DNA of 64,000 nt. Origin: Octopus sinensis (lineage: Eukaryota). Positions 12,446 through 24,770 of this stretch are shown piece after piece. The DNA lies in assembly GCF_006345805.1 (NCBI RefSeq), contig NC_043004.1, forward strand, positions 102,734,001-102,798,000, read 5' to 3'. Position 1 is the first letter of the stretch; the number at the start of each line of letters is the position of its first letter. The translations under genes and the position numbers were made by a program. The notes beneath the pieces were generated by a model. It did no database searches, had not been told where the DNA came from, and saw only the letters and a list, made by a program, of their open reading frames with translations.

Positions 12446-15216
12446 GTTACATAAAACAGTTAAAGATATTCTGATGTCATATAATCAGTTTACTGTTGGC
12501 CTAAATGCTAATTAGTTCAGCAAATATATTATCGTTAAACTTTGAAAGTAATCAATAATATTCATGATAAACTAAAAAATAGATAAATAAAATAAACCTG
12601 TGGTTTGTGACAGCAAAAAAAGAAGTTTGATTTTTAATTGCAAAACGACAGTCAAACAGTATAAATATAGTTATTTTTAGCTCCTGATTGAGCAGACCTT
12701 ATGGTCAAAGACATTCCAACCAAGACCAGATTATCCATTCTGCTCTTTTCTAAGGACACTTTAGATAATGTTGTCTTGAGTGCATGAATGTATGCATGAC
12801 TGTGTATAGTGAGTGCAGTAGTATATGCAACCCTCTTGCTTACAGTTTGTTGCCATTGGATCGTCTATATAATGAAAGTAGGAAGCAACCTTGTATATAA
12901 GTCTTCAATGCCAGTACACAGCTGCTTTCTCATCAAGATTCATACTAGACCTACACCTGGCCACACATGATGATTGGGAGTCTAAGTATGAGATCTCAAA
13001 GTAGTAGTGAACCCCCCAAAATATAGTGTGTATGTCTATCCTGGAGGAAGTGCCCAGATACTTATCAATTACTGTTTTGTGAATGAGCCCAGGAGGGCAC
13101 AGACAAGGGAAGCACAACCTTGCAGAAATACAAGACTTAGAAGTTAGCTTTAAGGTAAGGTTCCAAGAGTAGATTTCTGGCAGTCCCCTGCAGCTTGGGT
13201 CACCATTCTTCACAGTGAATGTAGTGATACTGGAAAATGAACACTCTGAACACGGCTATAAAGCTTCATTGTACTTGATATTTTCTCTTTCTAAAACTGT
13301 TAACGGGGATTTAGCTGCTTTTCTAGCTTGTCAAGCTCTCATACAGATACTCCTATATCAGTACATATATACTTGTTACTTTTGAATATTTGCTTGAAAA
13401 ATCAAGGTGATGACACAGGGAAACTAAACCTTAAAATAACAAAATCTTGACATATTTCTAACTACAAATTTATATCACACTAGCAATAAAAGTTAGTGGT
13501 TTCACCAATCCCCAAAGAATCCTCTTAAAAATCCTGTACTATAAAATCATACAAAGCAGTGGCATTTGAATTACAGAATAACTGTTTTATAGCATTGCTT
13601 ATATATATATACCTTATGTTATATCACAGTCATCACACCCTGTGGTCTTTTATCTCATACACACATTGAAATATATCCAGTTATATTCTTGCAATTGGTT
13701 ATTATCTATCCTGCCATCCATCCTCCCACTTTAAATATTTACTTATCTCTATATCAGTCTTTCTATTAGATGTATAAATTACATATGAATGTCACCTCAG
13801 GATCGTTTACAAGATAGATAGCAATAAACTAAAATTATTTTACAACTGAAGTCAAGAGACCATAGCAAGCAATTTATTGCCTTAAATGTTGTCTTAACCT
13901 CTGCAACCCATACATTTTTTGATTCCTTAGATTTCATATCTCAAATATTCTATGAATTTATTTTCAAAAAATAAAAAATGTGATGACAGACAAAGCTGAT
14001 CCCAGATGAACTTCATTTGTATCAGTAAAGCACCATAGACAACAATTTAATTATATAATCTTGACCAGGCCCACATCCCAAATAACAATAAAAATTGTTT
14101 CTAACATAGACAGTCTTACCATTTCATTTGCTACACCACCCTAATGATAATTTTTTCATATTGGTTCCAGGCCTCAAATTTCTATGGAAGGGGTCTAGTT
14201 GATGCATCAATTGACCCAGTAGCTGATTGGTGATTTATTTTGACTTTAGAAGTATCAGTGTAACCAGATTTTTTTTTTAGGGTAATTTCATAATTTCTCA
14301 GTGAAATAAATTTGTTCTACAGAGAAAATATAGGAGCCATTGTAGCCATCTAAAAACAAAGTAAAACTGTTATACCTATTTTACATATATATTGTGAGGT
14401 ATCAAAATTTCCTTCCTACCACTGTAACCAGGTCAGTGATACAGGTCAACTACTAGTGTTTCAAACTTACTACTCACTGACCCATAACCTCTTTCTCTTA
14501 ACATCTCATTTCAAGCAAGAGCAGTGGAACTTTGTTAGTGACTAGGTTACAAATGTGTGATGAAAATTTTGAATCTCGAAAAAGTAAAAAGAAGTTTCCA
14601 TGTGTTTTGAAACAGTGAAAACTAACTGTAGCATGATGAAATTGCTTCAGTTTCAGCGTTAAGGTCTCAGCCTAAGACACTTACCAGACAACTACAGCTC
14701 GGAAAATATCAATAATGAAAAATCTCGTATGAATATTTGATAACGAAACTTAAAAGAGAAACATTAACACCATTGTCTTAATGTCAGCTATGGGCAGATC
14801 TTCCATGTTTATATATCATTACCACTCGTCTAGTCAGTCTTTCATTGTCTCTTCAGTGAGGCTGATTATTCTGAGACTTGACCTTTCTATATTCGCCTTA
14901 GTCTAACATTCACACTTTGTATGTAATACAAGGAAAATTGTATTACTTTTCACACAGATAGAAAAAACCACACACTATATTTCCATTCTGGCTCTCAGTT
15001 CTCTGATTTCAAATTTTTCTAAGGTCATCTTTGATTCTCATCCAAGACAGTAGATTAGCAGAATTACCAGAACACCGTACAAGATGTCTTGCAATATTTG
15101 TTCCAGCACTTGACAACTCTAGTGTTGAGCTGCATCAACCTTTGCCTTTCCTTCAAAACCTACACTGCCCTTTAGAATCTGAAAATAATACAACTTATAG
15201 TTTGTATATCTTAGAG

Positions 15217-15504
15217 CAGTGCTGCTCAAAGTGGTGGCTCACGGACCGGTGCTGGTCTGTGAGCCATCAGCTGCTGGTATGCAGCAAGTTTCCAGAAAAG
15301 AAAAACATTATAAAATGCCTATGTAATATTGCATTATTTGTTTACAAAATAAATATAAGCTAAAAAAAAATTGTCACCTTTTATTATATTCATTATATAT
15401 ATTATTTCCGGTATAAATTAATATTACTAAGAAATATTATCGGTCCCTGACACATTAGGGAAAAAAATGCCGGTACGCCACATCAGATAGTTGGCAAAGC
15501 ACTG
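15217..15504. mobile_element. hAT (Charlie-like) MITE
   Basis: CAGTGCTGCTCAA...TTGGCAAAGCACTG termini; TSD TCTTAGAG/TTTTAGAG. Confidence 0.8.
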
Positions 15505-16789
15505 TTTTAGAGTACATATATTTAAGAGTTGTCAATGTTTAATCCAAGGAGACTTACAATCGAAAGTATTCTAGCAGTTGACAATCTTTTTTTCTTTTTC
15601 TTTTACACAGTGCATCTAGAACATTATACGATGCTTCCCTGGTTATATATGAAAGAGATTTAGTTGCTATTTCAAGTAGGTCATCCCAACAGTATAAATT
15701 TTGCATGATTAACCATATAGTCAGTTAATTACACTGATGTTGTGGATGGAAGTCAGCAACTAAGAGTTGAAATGTCTTGATCAATATATCATTAGTGATA
15801 AGTGTTCAAACAGTTTCACAAATGTGCTGGCAATTCTGATTGCAATCATGGAGGTCAATTGAAACCTTGACTACATATCATCAAACCATACCTGACCAGA
15901 CTGAGAATATGAGAGTTGTGAAGGGAGTTTTAAATGGTTGTTCAACATGCTAAAACTAGCAGCTAAATATCCCTCCACTTATATCTTTTACTTGTTTTGG
16001 GGCACTGCTTTGAAGGGTTTAGTAAAATAAATATTTTATTGGTCTCTTTTGTCGAACAGCTAGATTATAGAAACATAAACCATCACTGGCTGGTCAAACA
16101 GTGCCGGTGGACAAGCACAATGACAGACACACACACACAGCGGGCTTCTACACAGTTGTTTCCATCTACCAAATTCACTCTTAAGGCACTGGCTGACCCA
16201 GGGCTATAGTTTCAAGACACCTGTCCAAGGTGTCACACAGTAAGACTGAACCTGAAACTACGTATTTGCAAAGCAAGCTTCTTAACTACACAGTCATGCC
16301 TTCACTTTATTAAATATTAAAAGAATTAAGACCTCGTCATATGATGTGACCCTTGATGCACAATGTCTGAAGAGAAGACAGGATGGTCATGAGTAGAATA
16401 TCTTGCATTATACATTTCTTCAGTCAGGGCTGACAGAGGTCTAAATAACAATAGACAATAACATACAGTTTATGCCAAATGACCATCAGACCAGCTGTCC
16501 ATCTCCCAAGTCTCTCTTTGACACAGATCAAAATCAATGAGTTGTGATGTTAAGTAAAGAGAGAGAGAGCTACAAAATGAAACAAGTCAGTATTAATTGG
16601 AGACATAGTTTGAATGACTATGCAAGGTAACATATGTTACTAGTTGAAACTTAGATATTTACTCAATTTCATAGTGCAAAGATATGCAATTATCTGTTTA
16701 GAAAATTCTAAGTTTTACAATGCTTACACACCTACGCATAATCAGCTGAAAACATGTTTGCTATTGGAGATCAATTTTATTTTTACATA

Positions 16790-16953
16790 GGCGTAAGAGT
16801 GGCTGTGTGGTAAGTAGCTTGTTTACCAGCCACATGGTTCCGGGTTCAGTCCCACTGCGTGGCACCTTGGGCAAGTGTCTTCTACTATAGATTCGGGCCG
16901 ACCAAAGCCTTGTGAGTGGATTTGGTAGACAGAAACTGAAAGAAGCCCGTCAT

Positions 16954-16985
<32 letters not shown>

Positions 16986-17110
16986 CTGTCCCCACAACAT
17001 CGTTTGACAACCGATGCTGGTGTGTTTACGTTCCCATAACTTAGCGGTTCAGCAAAAGAGACCGATAGAATAAGTACTAGGCTTACAAAGAACAAGTCCT
17101 GGGGTCAATT
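16790..17110 (+). mobile_element. Family A SINE, 3'-truncated
   Basis: Full head and body, ending after GAACAAGTCCTGGGGTC. Confidence 0.9.
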
Positions 17111-18125
17111 TTTAAAGTCTGTTTTTTTCACAAGAAGATATAACCAACACACATAAACAAGGGGCTTCTGCACAATTCCATTGCACAAAGCAATGGCCAA
17201 CCCAAGGTTATAGTAGAAGACGCTTAAGGTTTGCGACCAAACCTAGAACCATGTGGTTATGAAATGAATTCTCAAATCACAAAGCTATACTTGTGGGTAC
17301 AAGCACACACACACACACACACACATGCCCACATCAGCTACTGAGTCAATCAGAAACACAATGACCTTTTAGTTGAGACAGTGTTTTGATAACTAGCTGT
17401 CACATGACTGTCATTATTTTATCAAAATTTATAAAACAAGATCAAAAATATCTCCATATACTCTTCCCACTGCACACCATCTCTTTTTACACTTGAGATA
17501 AATTTACTATACAAAAATTGTAAAATTCTTATTTAGAAAATTTCTAACTTGGTAGAAGTAATTTCTAAAAAGGCATATGTATATTCAAGCAGAAGTGCAT
17601 TCAATTTAATCAACCCCAGTATTAAACTGATACTTATTTTTATTGAAATCCCGCTTCTCGTATGGCTGAGAAGCAAAGTCAACTTTGAAAAGATTGGTTC
17701 AAGTGCAGAGCCTAAAAAGGAATACTGCAAAGGTATACTCAGGCACTATCATTTCTACAACTCTTAAATGAGCTACAAAAATATCAGCAGACTGTTGTTG
17801 AAATACTAGATAATATAAAAGTACTTTGATCAGAGCAATGTGATAAAATCTCTCCTGTCAAGATAAACAAAGATCAACAAGCTAGTAATTTAACAGAAGA
17901 GAACAAAAGAGGGAGCATCTACGACATGTTCACTTGACCTGGTAAAAATAGCAGCCAAATCCCCTTCCATGGCATGTTACCAGCTTAAAAAAGACACACT
18001 GATCAATACAGTCTTAAATCTATAAAATGTTGAGAAAGGTATGGTTGGATTGCCACTGATCATATATCAGCTCCATCAGAACTGTTCTGGGGGACAAGAA
18101 ACAACAAATAACAGATAAGTTTAGT

Positions 18126-18240
18126 CATCATCATCATCATCATCGTTTAGCATCCGTTTTCCATGCTAGCATGGGTTGGACGGTTCTACTGGGGTCTGTG
18201 AAGCCAGAAGGCTTCATCAGGCCCAGTCAAATCTGGCAGT
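18126..18240 (-). mobile_element. Family B RTE 3' end fragment
   Basis: (CAT)n then CGTTTAGCATCCGTTTTCCATGCTAGCATGGGTTGGACGG. Confidence 0.85.
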
Positions 18241-18469
18241 ATAAAAGAATAATGTGTTCTTTTGAAAAGCACAGTAAAATGTGTTTTCTGTAGTTGGAAC
18301 TTTAAATATCAACATTTCTTATTGAATCCAATACTGCTTGATTGGAAATCTGTCTCTTAATCCATATTCTGTAGTCAGATCCTGATCTGTATGTGTATAT
18401 ATATATATATATAATTTTTAGTTCCACCCATGCTAGCATGGAAGATGGATGATGATATACATACATACA

Positions 18470-18509
<40 letters not shown>

Positions 18510-18513
18510 CATA

Positions 18514-18804
18514 CAGTGGTGGACTGGCCCGGTTGCCCAACAGCAAGTGGGCCCCTGCACCATTAGAATCCATATATGGGGGCCCATGTCAGTATCTAAG
18601 GGGTCCAACCCCTCAAGTTTGAGAATTTTTTTATTCACTCCTGAAAGAATGCATTAATTATTTCAGCCTGGCTGTGTTTGTAGACAGTTGAAAAGAGCAC
18701 TTTTAATTAAAAAAAAAAAAGAAAATTAAATGGTAGCATTGTAGTTGCAGGTGGGCCCCCTTAGTCTCCTGACAACCAATATTTTTAGACCCGGTTCGCC
18801 ACTG
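18514..18804. mobile_element. TIR MITE, superfamily unassigned
   Basis: CAGTGGTGGACTGG...CCGGTTCGCCACTG imperfect inverted termini, internal GGGCCCC motifs; sits in a (TA/CA) tract so the TSD is unreadable. Confidence 0.65.
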
Positions 18805-18833
18805 TGTATGTATATATATTTATATATATATAC

Positions 18834-19506
18834 AAATTGAGATAGGGGTTGTAAATGCAACCCTCCATGGGATAACATATATCCAATATACTGCTAGTGA
18901 AGTATCCAACAAAGTTAATACATAAATGTTAATGATTGCGATGCAATCAATTCATTTACTGTATTATATGGGCAAAGGTAAAATGATTTACCACAAATTA
19001 CTAATACAAGATAAGAAAATGGAGAAATACATCTAAATCAAATATCAATTACCAGATAATACTCAATCACATACTTTATTAAACCACCACATAAGAGACT
19101 GTAGGGTTAAACATAAAAAAGCAGAACAAATCAGTGTACATAAAGGAATGTACATAAAAAAGTGTACATAAAAGAGTAATGTTGTATAATAAGTAGAATA
19201 TATGTAAAAGAGAATATAAATATAAGTAAATATAAATATAAGTATATATTACATCTTTTATCTACATGGCCGAAACAGCTGTAAGATGTAATCTATACTT
19301 ATATTTATTTGTATTTATATTCTCTTTTATATATATTCTACTTATTATACAAAATTACTCTTTTATGTACATTCCTTTATGTACACTGATTTGTTCTGCT
19401 TTTTATATTTAACCCTAGTCTCTTATGTGGTGGTTTAATAAAGTATGTGATTGAGTATTATCTGGTAATTGATATTTGATTTAGATGTATTTCTCCATTT
19501 TCCTAT

Positions 19507-19510
<4 letters not shown>
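18834..19510. mobile_element. Penelope-like fold-back remnant in (TA)n, with ~230-250-bp inverted arms and a half hammerhead
   Basis: 19008-19257 is the reverse complement of 19283-19509 with few mismatches; the spacer holds GGCC-GAAA-CAGCTG-TA. Confidence 0.7.
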
Positions 19511-19599
<89 letters not shown>

Positions 19600-20639
19600 A
19601 GAGAGAGAAAGAGAGAGAGATAACTGCAATTCCAGTCAGTAATACTCTTGTTCATGCTCCCTCTTATGTGATTTTGCTACTGATAATAAACAGTACATAA
19701 CTCAATCTTGAAAAACATATTGAAAAGGATAAAAAAAAAATCACATACACACTTCTTTGGCTGTTATTAACCTTGTGAGTGTTTAATCACTTGCTCATCT
19801 CCCCCAAAGACCAAACAATATCTGTCACAAGAGTTCATTTGTTCCCAAACTAAGAACATATTTACATGTGTGCCCAGTGCTTGATGAACTAATCCCTAGT
19901 TAACTAGAACTGATTGTGGTTATACAACGGTAAATTAGCTGCTGCTGTCATTTATCCATTCTATGAGATTTACTCTTCAATACCAAAGTTAAAGCTACAT
20001 AATCTTTCTAGAAGCACTAGATTAATTCTGTAATATAATTGGATTGACCTCAGTATAATACTGGTATCTATGAATACTTCAGGATCAAAGAAAATGTCAA
20101 TGTCAATAGGAATTGAAAACTTTTGAGGTACTACAAAACTTAGTGGAATTTCTCTTGTATGGGCCAACAAAATAGATATTTAGTAAATATTCAAAGGTTG
20201 CATAAAGGACAAGTTAATCTGTCAGCAAAAAGACACCTTACTTTACTTTTGTCACGGTACATTAACAATAAATATATAAACAATCACCAACATAAAATAT
20301 ATTTAAGTATTTATACAATTAATTTTCATAGATTTTAATCATATTAAGAGTATCTCAAAATAACAGATCCTGTAAATAAACAGATAAAGAAGATCCAATA
20401 GAGTCCTTCAGATATAAGAGAAAACAAGAGATCACACAGAACATCAGATTTTGATGAGAGAAATGCTCTCGTATTGTGTAGAATACAGAAGGGTAGAGGA
20501 ATTGGCACACAAAACAAGCCATCACCTTAAGTGATTGTACAAGGAAGAAAATATGTCATGCAATTAGTGAAATAAATAACTGAAACAATTTGTTCGTCAA
20601 ACAGCAACAAGTCTGGAAGATAATGCAACAGTGTGATAC

Positions 20640-20672
20640 ACAGGAGAGATGGTTTGGATTGCTTAGAATCCA
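20640..20672 (-). CDS. Candidate 33-nt microexon (xDSKQSKPSLL)
   Basis: TTTTTTCTTTTCGTTCTGTGTGTGGACAG acceptor, weak GTATCA donor, frame-preserving length, downstream TGCATG. Confidence 0.2.
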
Positions 20673-21724
20673 CTGTCCACACACAGAACGAAAAGAAAAA
20701 ACACACAGGTAGTTGAAATGATGATGAATGGAAAAAACTATAAGATCTGTCAGTTTGATCTCTAGATGAAGTTGGTAAGTTGGAAAACTCAATTAAATAC
20801 TTGAAAACCAATCATCAATTCAGTCCTAAGTGAAGATAGATTAAATAATTAAATCAAGAATCTAACAGTTCAACAAACAATTATGGTTTGATAAAGAATT
20901 AAAACTGACAGCACAAATCTATTTTAGATTGTTGTTTTATTTATTTTCCCAGGCTTGCATGAGTGGAATCGAGATATCTTGGACCTTCATTTTTTTTGGT
21001 GGTTTTTTACAGCCACCTCATGCTTCCTTCTGTGACCAACCCATCCATGAAGTAAAAGTAGAGCCTGTTTTGTTGTCATTTTAGCCCCAGGAGAAGTCTC
21101 AGAGCTGATATATGAACAAAGCAAATTTAGTCATGACCACCAAGTCTTCTCAAAACCAACAAGCTAGGAATACATTATCCAATGTGACCTTCTAGTTTTA
21201 AGATAACAGAGTGTATTCTGATGGCGACTTGGCAACTATTTATAGTGGGATGAGTAACTGCACAGATACTGCACGGTGTCACACAAATTGGCACTTGTGC
21301 TGATGGCAGGTAAATGCCCCCCCCCCCCAGTGTCATACAAATGACAAGTAAAAGAAGCCATTACACTCTTGGAGTGGTTGGCATTAGGAAGGGCATCCAG
21401 CCATAGAAAACTATGCCAAATCAGACTGGAATCTGGTGCAGCCTTTCAGCTCAGTCAAACCGTCCAACCCATGTCAGAATGGACAATGGACATTAAATGA
21501 TGATGATGTTAGTAGGCTAGTACCTTCACCTCATGGATGAAAGGAACAATGTTTTTTAGTTTCTTTACAAAAGCACAGGTGTAAGTTCCAACTTTTCTGG
21601 GTAGGATGCGTAATAATATCTGTTGGTGGTTTATTTCTCAAAGTTTTAACCAAAGCCCGAATATAAGGTTGAAACAAAAGCTGCGAACACCAAAGTACAT
21701 ATATATATAAACGAGATAATTTAC

Positions 21725-21754
21725 CTTTTGAATTATAAGTGACGTAGTTCATAC
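21725..21754 (-). CDS. Candidate 30-nt microexon (GMNYVTYNSK in phase 1)
   Basis: Long pyrimidine tract ...TTTTTTTTCTTCTGATTGCAACTTATTAACAG acceptor and AAG|GTAAAT donor; length divisible by 3. Confidence 0.35.
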
Positions 21755-22433
21755 CTGTTAATAAGTTGCAATCAGAAGAAAAAAAACAGAAACACAAATT
21801 TATCATTAAAAATATTTAAAATCTATGAATTTAATCATTGTGACTGTGCCTTCAAATTTAGAGGTGGGATGCTGCAATAATGGGGATGCCAAATTTAGAA
21901 AGTAAATATAGAATATAGATTTGAAGGAGAGATCAAAGTTATTAATGGAGGTAAAATCGATTTCAAATCTTGGCACAAGGTCAGTAATGATGATTATATT
22001 GAAAGATAGTAAAAATCATAACATTGGTAAGCAAACAAGTTGACCAGTTGTACTGAAATGTAATACTAGCCAATAGACTGTTGATTTCTCACAAAAGTGT
22101 GTGTGTGGGGGGGATCAATGTTGTTGTTGCTGTTAACACAGGTCAACCACAATGAAGCAGACCTATAACCAAAGGCATTCCAGCATGATGATTCCATCTT
22201 TTTGCATATCTAGAATTGATGTGTCATTCCATTTTTAATTGAGTAAGAGTTGATTTGAGAGATTTGGTTGTTATTTCAAGCAAAATCAAATACTGCTGAT
22301 AGCTCCTTAGTCGAATCACATGAGGAATAATGTAGATAATAATGATAGTAATATAAGAAGTATTGAAAACATTCAAATGAAATGATATAAGTAAAAAGAA
22401 AAAAAACCACTGAAGGACATTTATAAATAAACT

Positions 22434-23101
22434 CATCATCATCATCATCATTGTCCGACCGTGGTCGAGACAATGGAATTTACCATGCTACACCACACTT
22501 CATGGTCCATTATGGCATTACGGTGGTCCTGTTGCTGGATGGCTGTATCCCTGGAGATTACATCAGGGTAGGAGAGTGTGCGCCCTCTGGTATTGCGAGT
22601 AGATGGCTTCCAGAGGAGAAGAGTAGAAGTTACCTCTTTTTCAGCTCTACAACAATGTCCAGCAAACTGGACTCTCTTACTTTTCACAAGAGATGACACA
22701 GGTGGTAGTTTCCCATATATTTGCATTTTGGTTGGATGGCGCTTCCACGAGAGATTTTGAGCTCTCATAAGGAGGTGAGTGTAGGTTCCATCCAAACGCC
22801 TCTCAAGCTTCTTTGATAACGTCCAGGTTTCTGAGCCATATAGTAGAATTGGTTCGACTGTGGCTTTGAAGATTTCAAGTTTGAAGTCTCTACTTAGATT
22901 TGATGACCAGATCTTATGCATGTCATTACAGGCTGACCAGGCCATACCCTTTCTAGTTAGAAAGTCTTTTCCAGATGATGATATGTATGACCCAAGATAT
23001 TTGTAATCAGAAACCATATTTAAGGGCACATTGTTGAGAGTATGGATGATGCAATCACTGTTGGACAGGCACTTGTTTATGTATTCAGTCTTGGCCTCAT
23101 T
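22434..23101 (-). mobile_element. Young 5'-truncated RTE-clade LINE (end of RT domain and C-terminus)
   Basis: Uninterrupted frame NEAKTEY...DYKYLGS...ILLYGSETWTL...QFAGHCCR...RGR to stop at 22448; (TGA)n tail; 8-bp TSD AATAAACT at 22426-22433 and 23102-23109. Confidence 0.93.
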
Positions 23102-23204
23102 AATAAACTAATTAGACTATACACACAGTAAAGTGATATCATTATTATTATGAGCATAAACATTAGTATTACTAACATAAACACTACCCCAAGTGTTTCT
23201 GCTG

Positions 23205-23399
23205 GTAATAATGATTATTTCAAATTTTCGCCACAAGGACAGTTTGGGGGAGTTGCGGATGAGTCGATTACATTGACCCCTGTTGTCAACTGGTACTTAT
23301 TTTATCAACCCTGGCAGGATATGAACTCAGAATATAGCAATGGGTGAAATACTGCTAAGCATTTCGTCCAGTGTGATGATTCTGCCAGTTCACTGCCTT
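23205..23399 (-). mobile_element. Family C SINE (degenerate, internal deletion)
   Basis: GTCGATTACATTGACCC...CTGGTACTTATTTTATC...GAACTCAG...CTAAGCATTTCG. Confidence 0.75.
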
Positions 23400-23427
23400 C
23401 TGCTGGTAATAATAATGGTAACTAGTT

Positions 23428-23746
23428 TTATATATATATATATATATATATATACATACATTACATACATATCAAAGGAATGACCACTAGGTGGACTCCT
23501 AATATGCTAAATGTAGACCCCATTTACGTTCTGGTGTTTGCTGAATTTTCTTGAGAACAATTTTTCTTAGTGGTCAGATCATATGGGGGTCTACATTTAG
23601 CATGTTAAGTGTCCACCTAGTGGTCATTGCTCTTATATGTATGTAATATAATTTTCTGAATCTTCAGATTTTTTTCAATATGCTAGGCCACTGGTTTAAA
23701 TTGATATTAATCTAATTAATATCAATTTTTTACCCTTATTATTTAA

Positions 23747-23792
<46 letters not shown>

Positions 23793-24045
23793 AATGAAGG
23801 ATAAAATTTTTTTTTTCGAAAAAAATATATTCTTTTTCTAAAAAAATTTTATCAATGGCCAGCATATCAAAAAATACCTTTAAAGGTTAAATCTATAAAC
23901 AATTCATAATTAAGGGCAAACGAAAAAATTTCTAATGCCAGATATGGCGAAAAATTGTCCATATTGTCCATTAACCATATAATTCTTTCAGAATATGCAT
24001 GCTACTCGTTTGCCCTTAATTATGACTTGTTTATATATATATATA
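23428..24045. mobile_element. Two fold-back (Penelope-like) remnants around a (TA)n tract
   Basis: Inverted arms ~23460-23524 / ~23582-23647 and ~23894-23923 / ~24006-24035; bounded by (TA)n. Confidence 0.55.
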
Positions 24046-24770
24046 GCTGGAACTGCAGATCAAGGTTTAAGACTTAGTCCTTTCGGAAGTTTCTTCTCAT
24101 CTTCCTCCATAAACAACTTCATACACATTGCTTTTCTAACATCAGTAGTTTTTATTGCCTGAAACAACCTCAGCTGGGTTTAAACCATAGAAATATAATT
24201 AACTTAATTGAGAAAAGCATATCACTTAACATTTCCCAATTCTCCATGACTCTAATATCACAGAAACAGTACAATGTCTACTATTAAATTATATTTAGCA
24301 ATGCAAATGCTTAAACAGCATTCCTGTTCTATTTTTCAGTTGTACATTAATAGTGCAAAGTGCTTAGAGTATTAAGGAGTATTAAGGCATGTTGTGAGAC
24401 AAGCTCGATACTTGCACAAGTAAATTTGAGACCAGAGTTCTGAAGTGAAAATTCTGGCCAGATTGACTTACCCTTTCACCCTCCTGTATGACCCAATTTA
24501 AGAGTTACATCAGCTAAGGAGAGAAAGTAGAAAGTGAGTGGGTGGAATTTACAGTTTAATGTAATGATTAAGTTCAAGAACAAACCTAAAATGGGTTTAC
24601 AACGCCAGCAAGTGACTACCATAATCCCTTTTGAGTAAGTATATCAGTCTGATGTAGCCTGTACTGCACCAAGTTATGCCCAAGGGAGGATTTTGATAGA
24701 ACCCCCAACAATTACATACTGCCGCTGAGTTTCTCAACAATGAGCTATCTCACCCATGGAACAACAGGTT

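Noticed and set aside
12905-13229. ~107-codon minus frame after a TTTTCCAG acceptor
   Set aside because: No recognisable domain; could be chance or an old LINE relic; needs BLASTX or RNA-seq before calling
24060-24158. Minus frame AIKTTDVRKAMCMKLFMEEDEKKLPKGLSLKP*
   Set aside because: Short, weak pyrimidine tract, no homology; not distinguishable from chance
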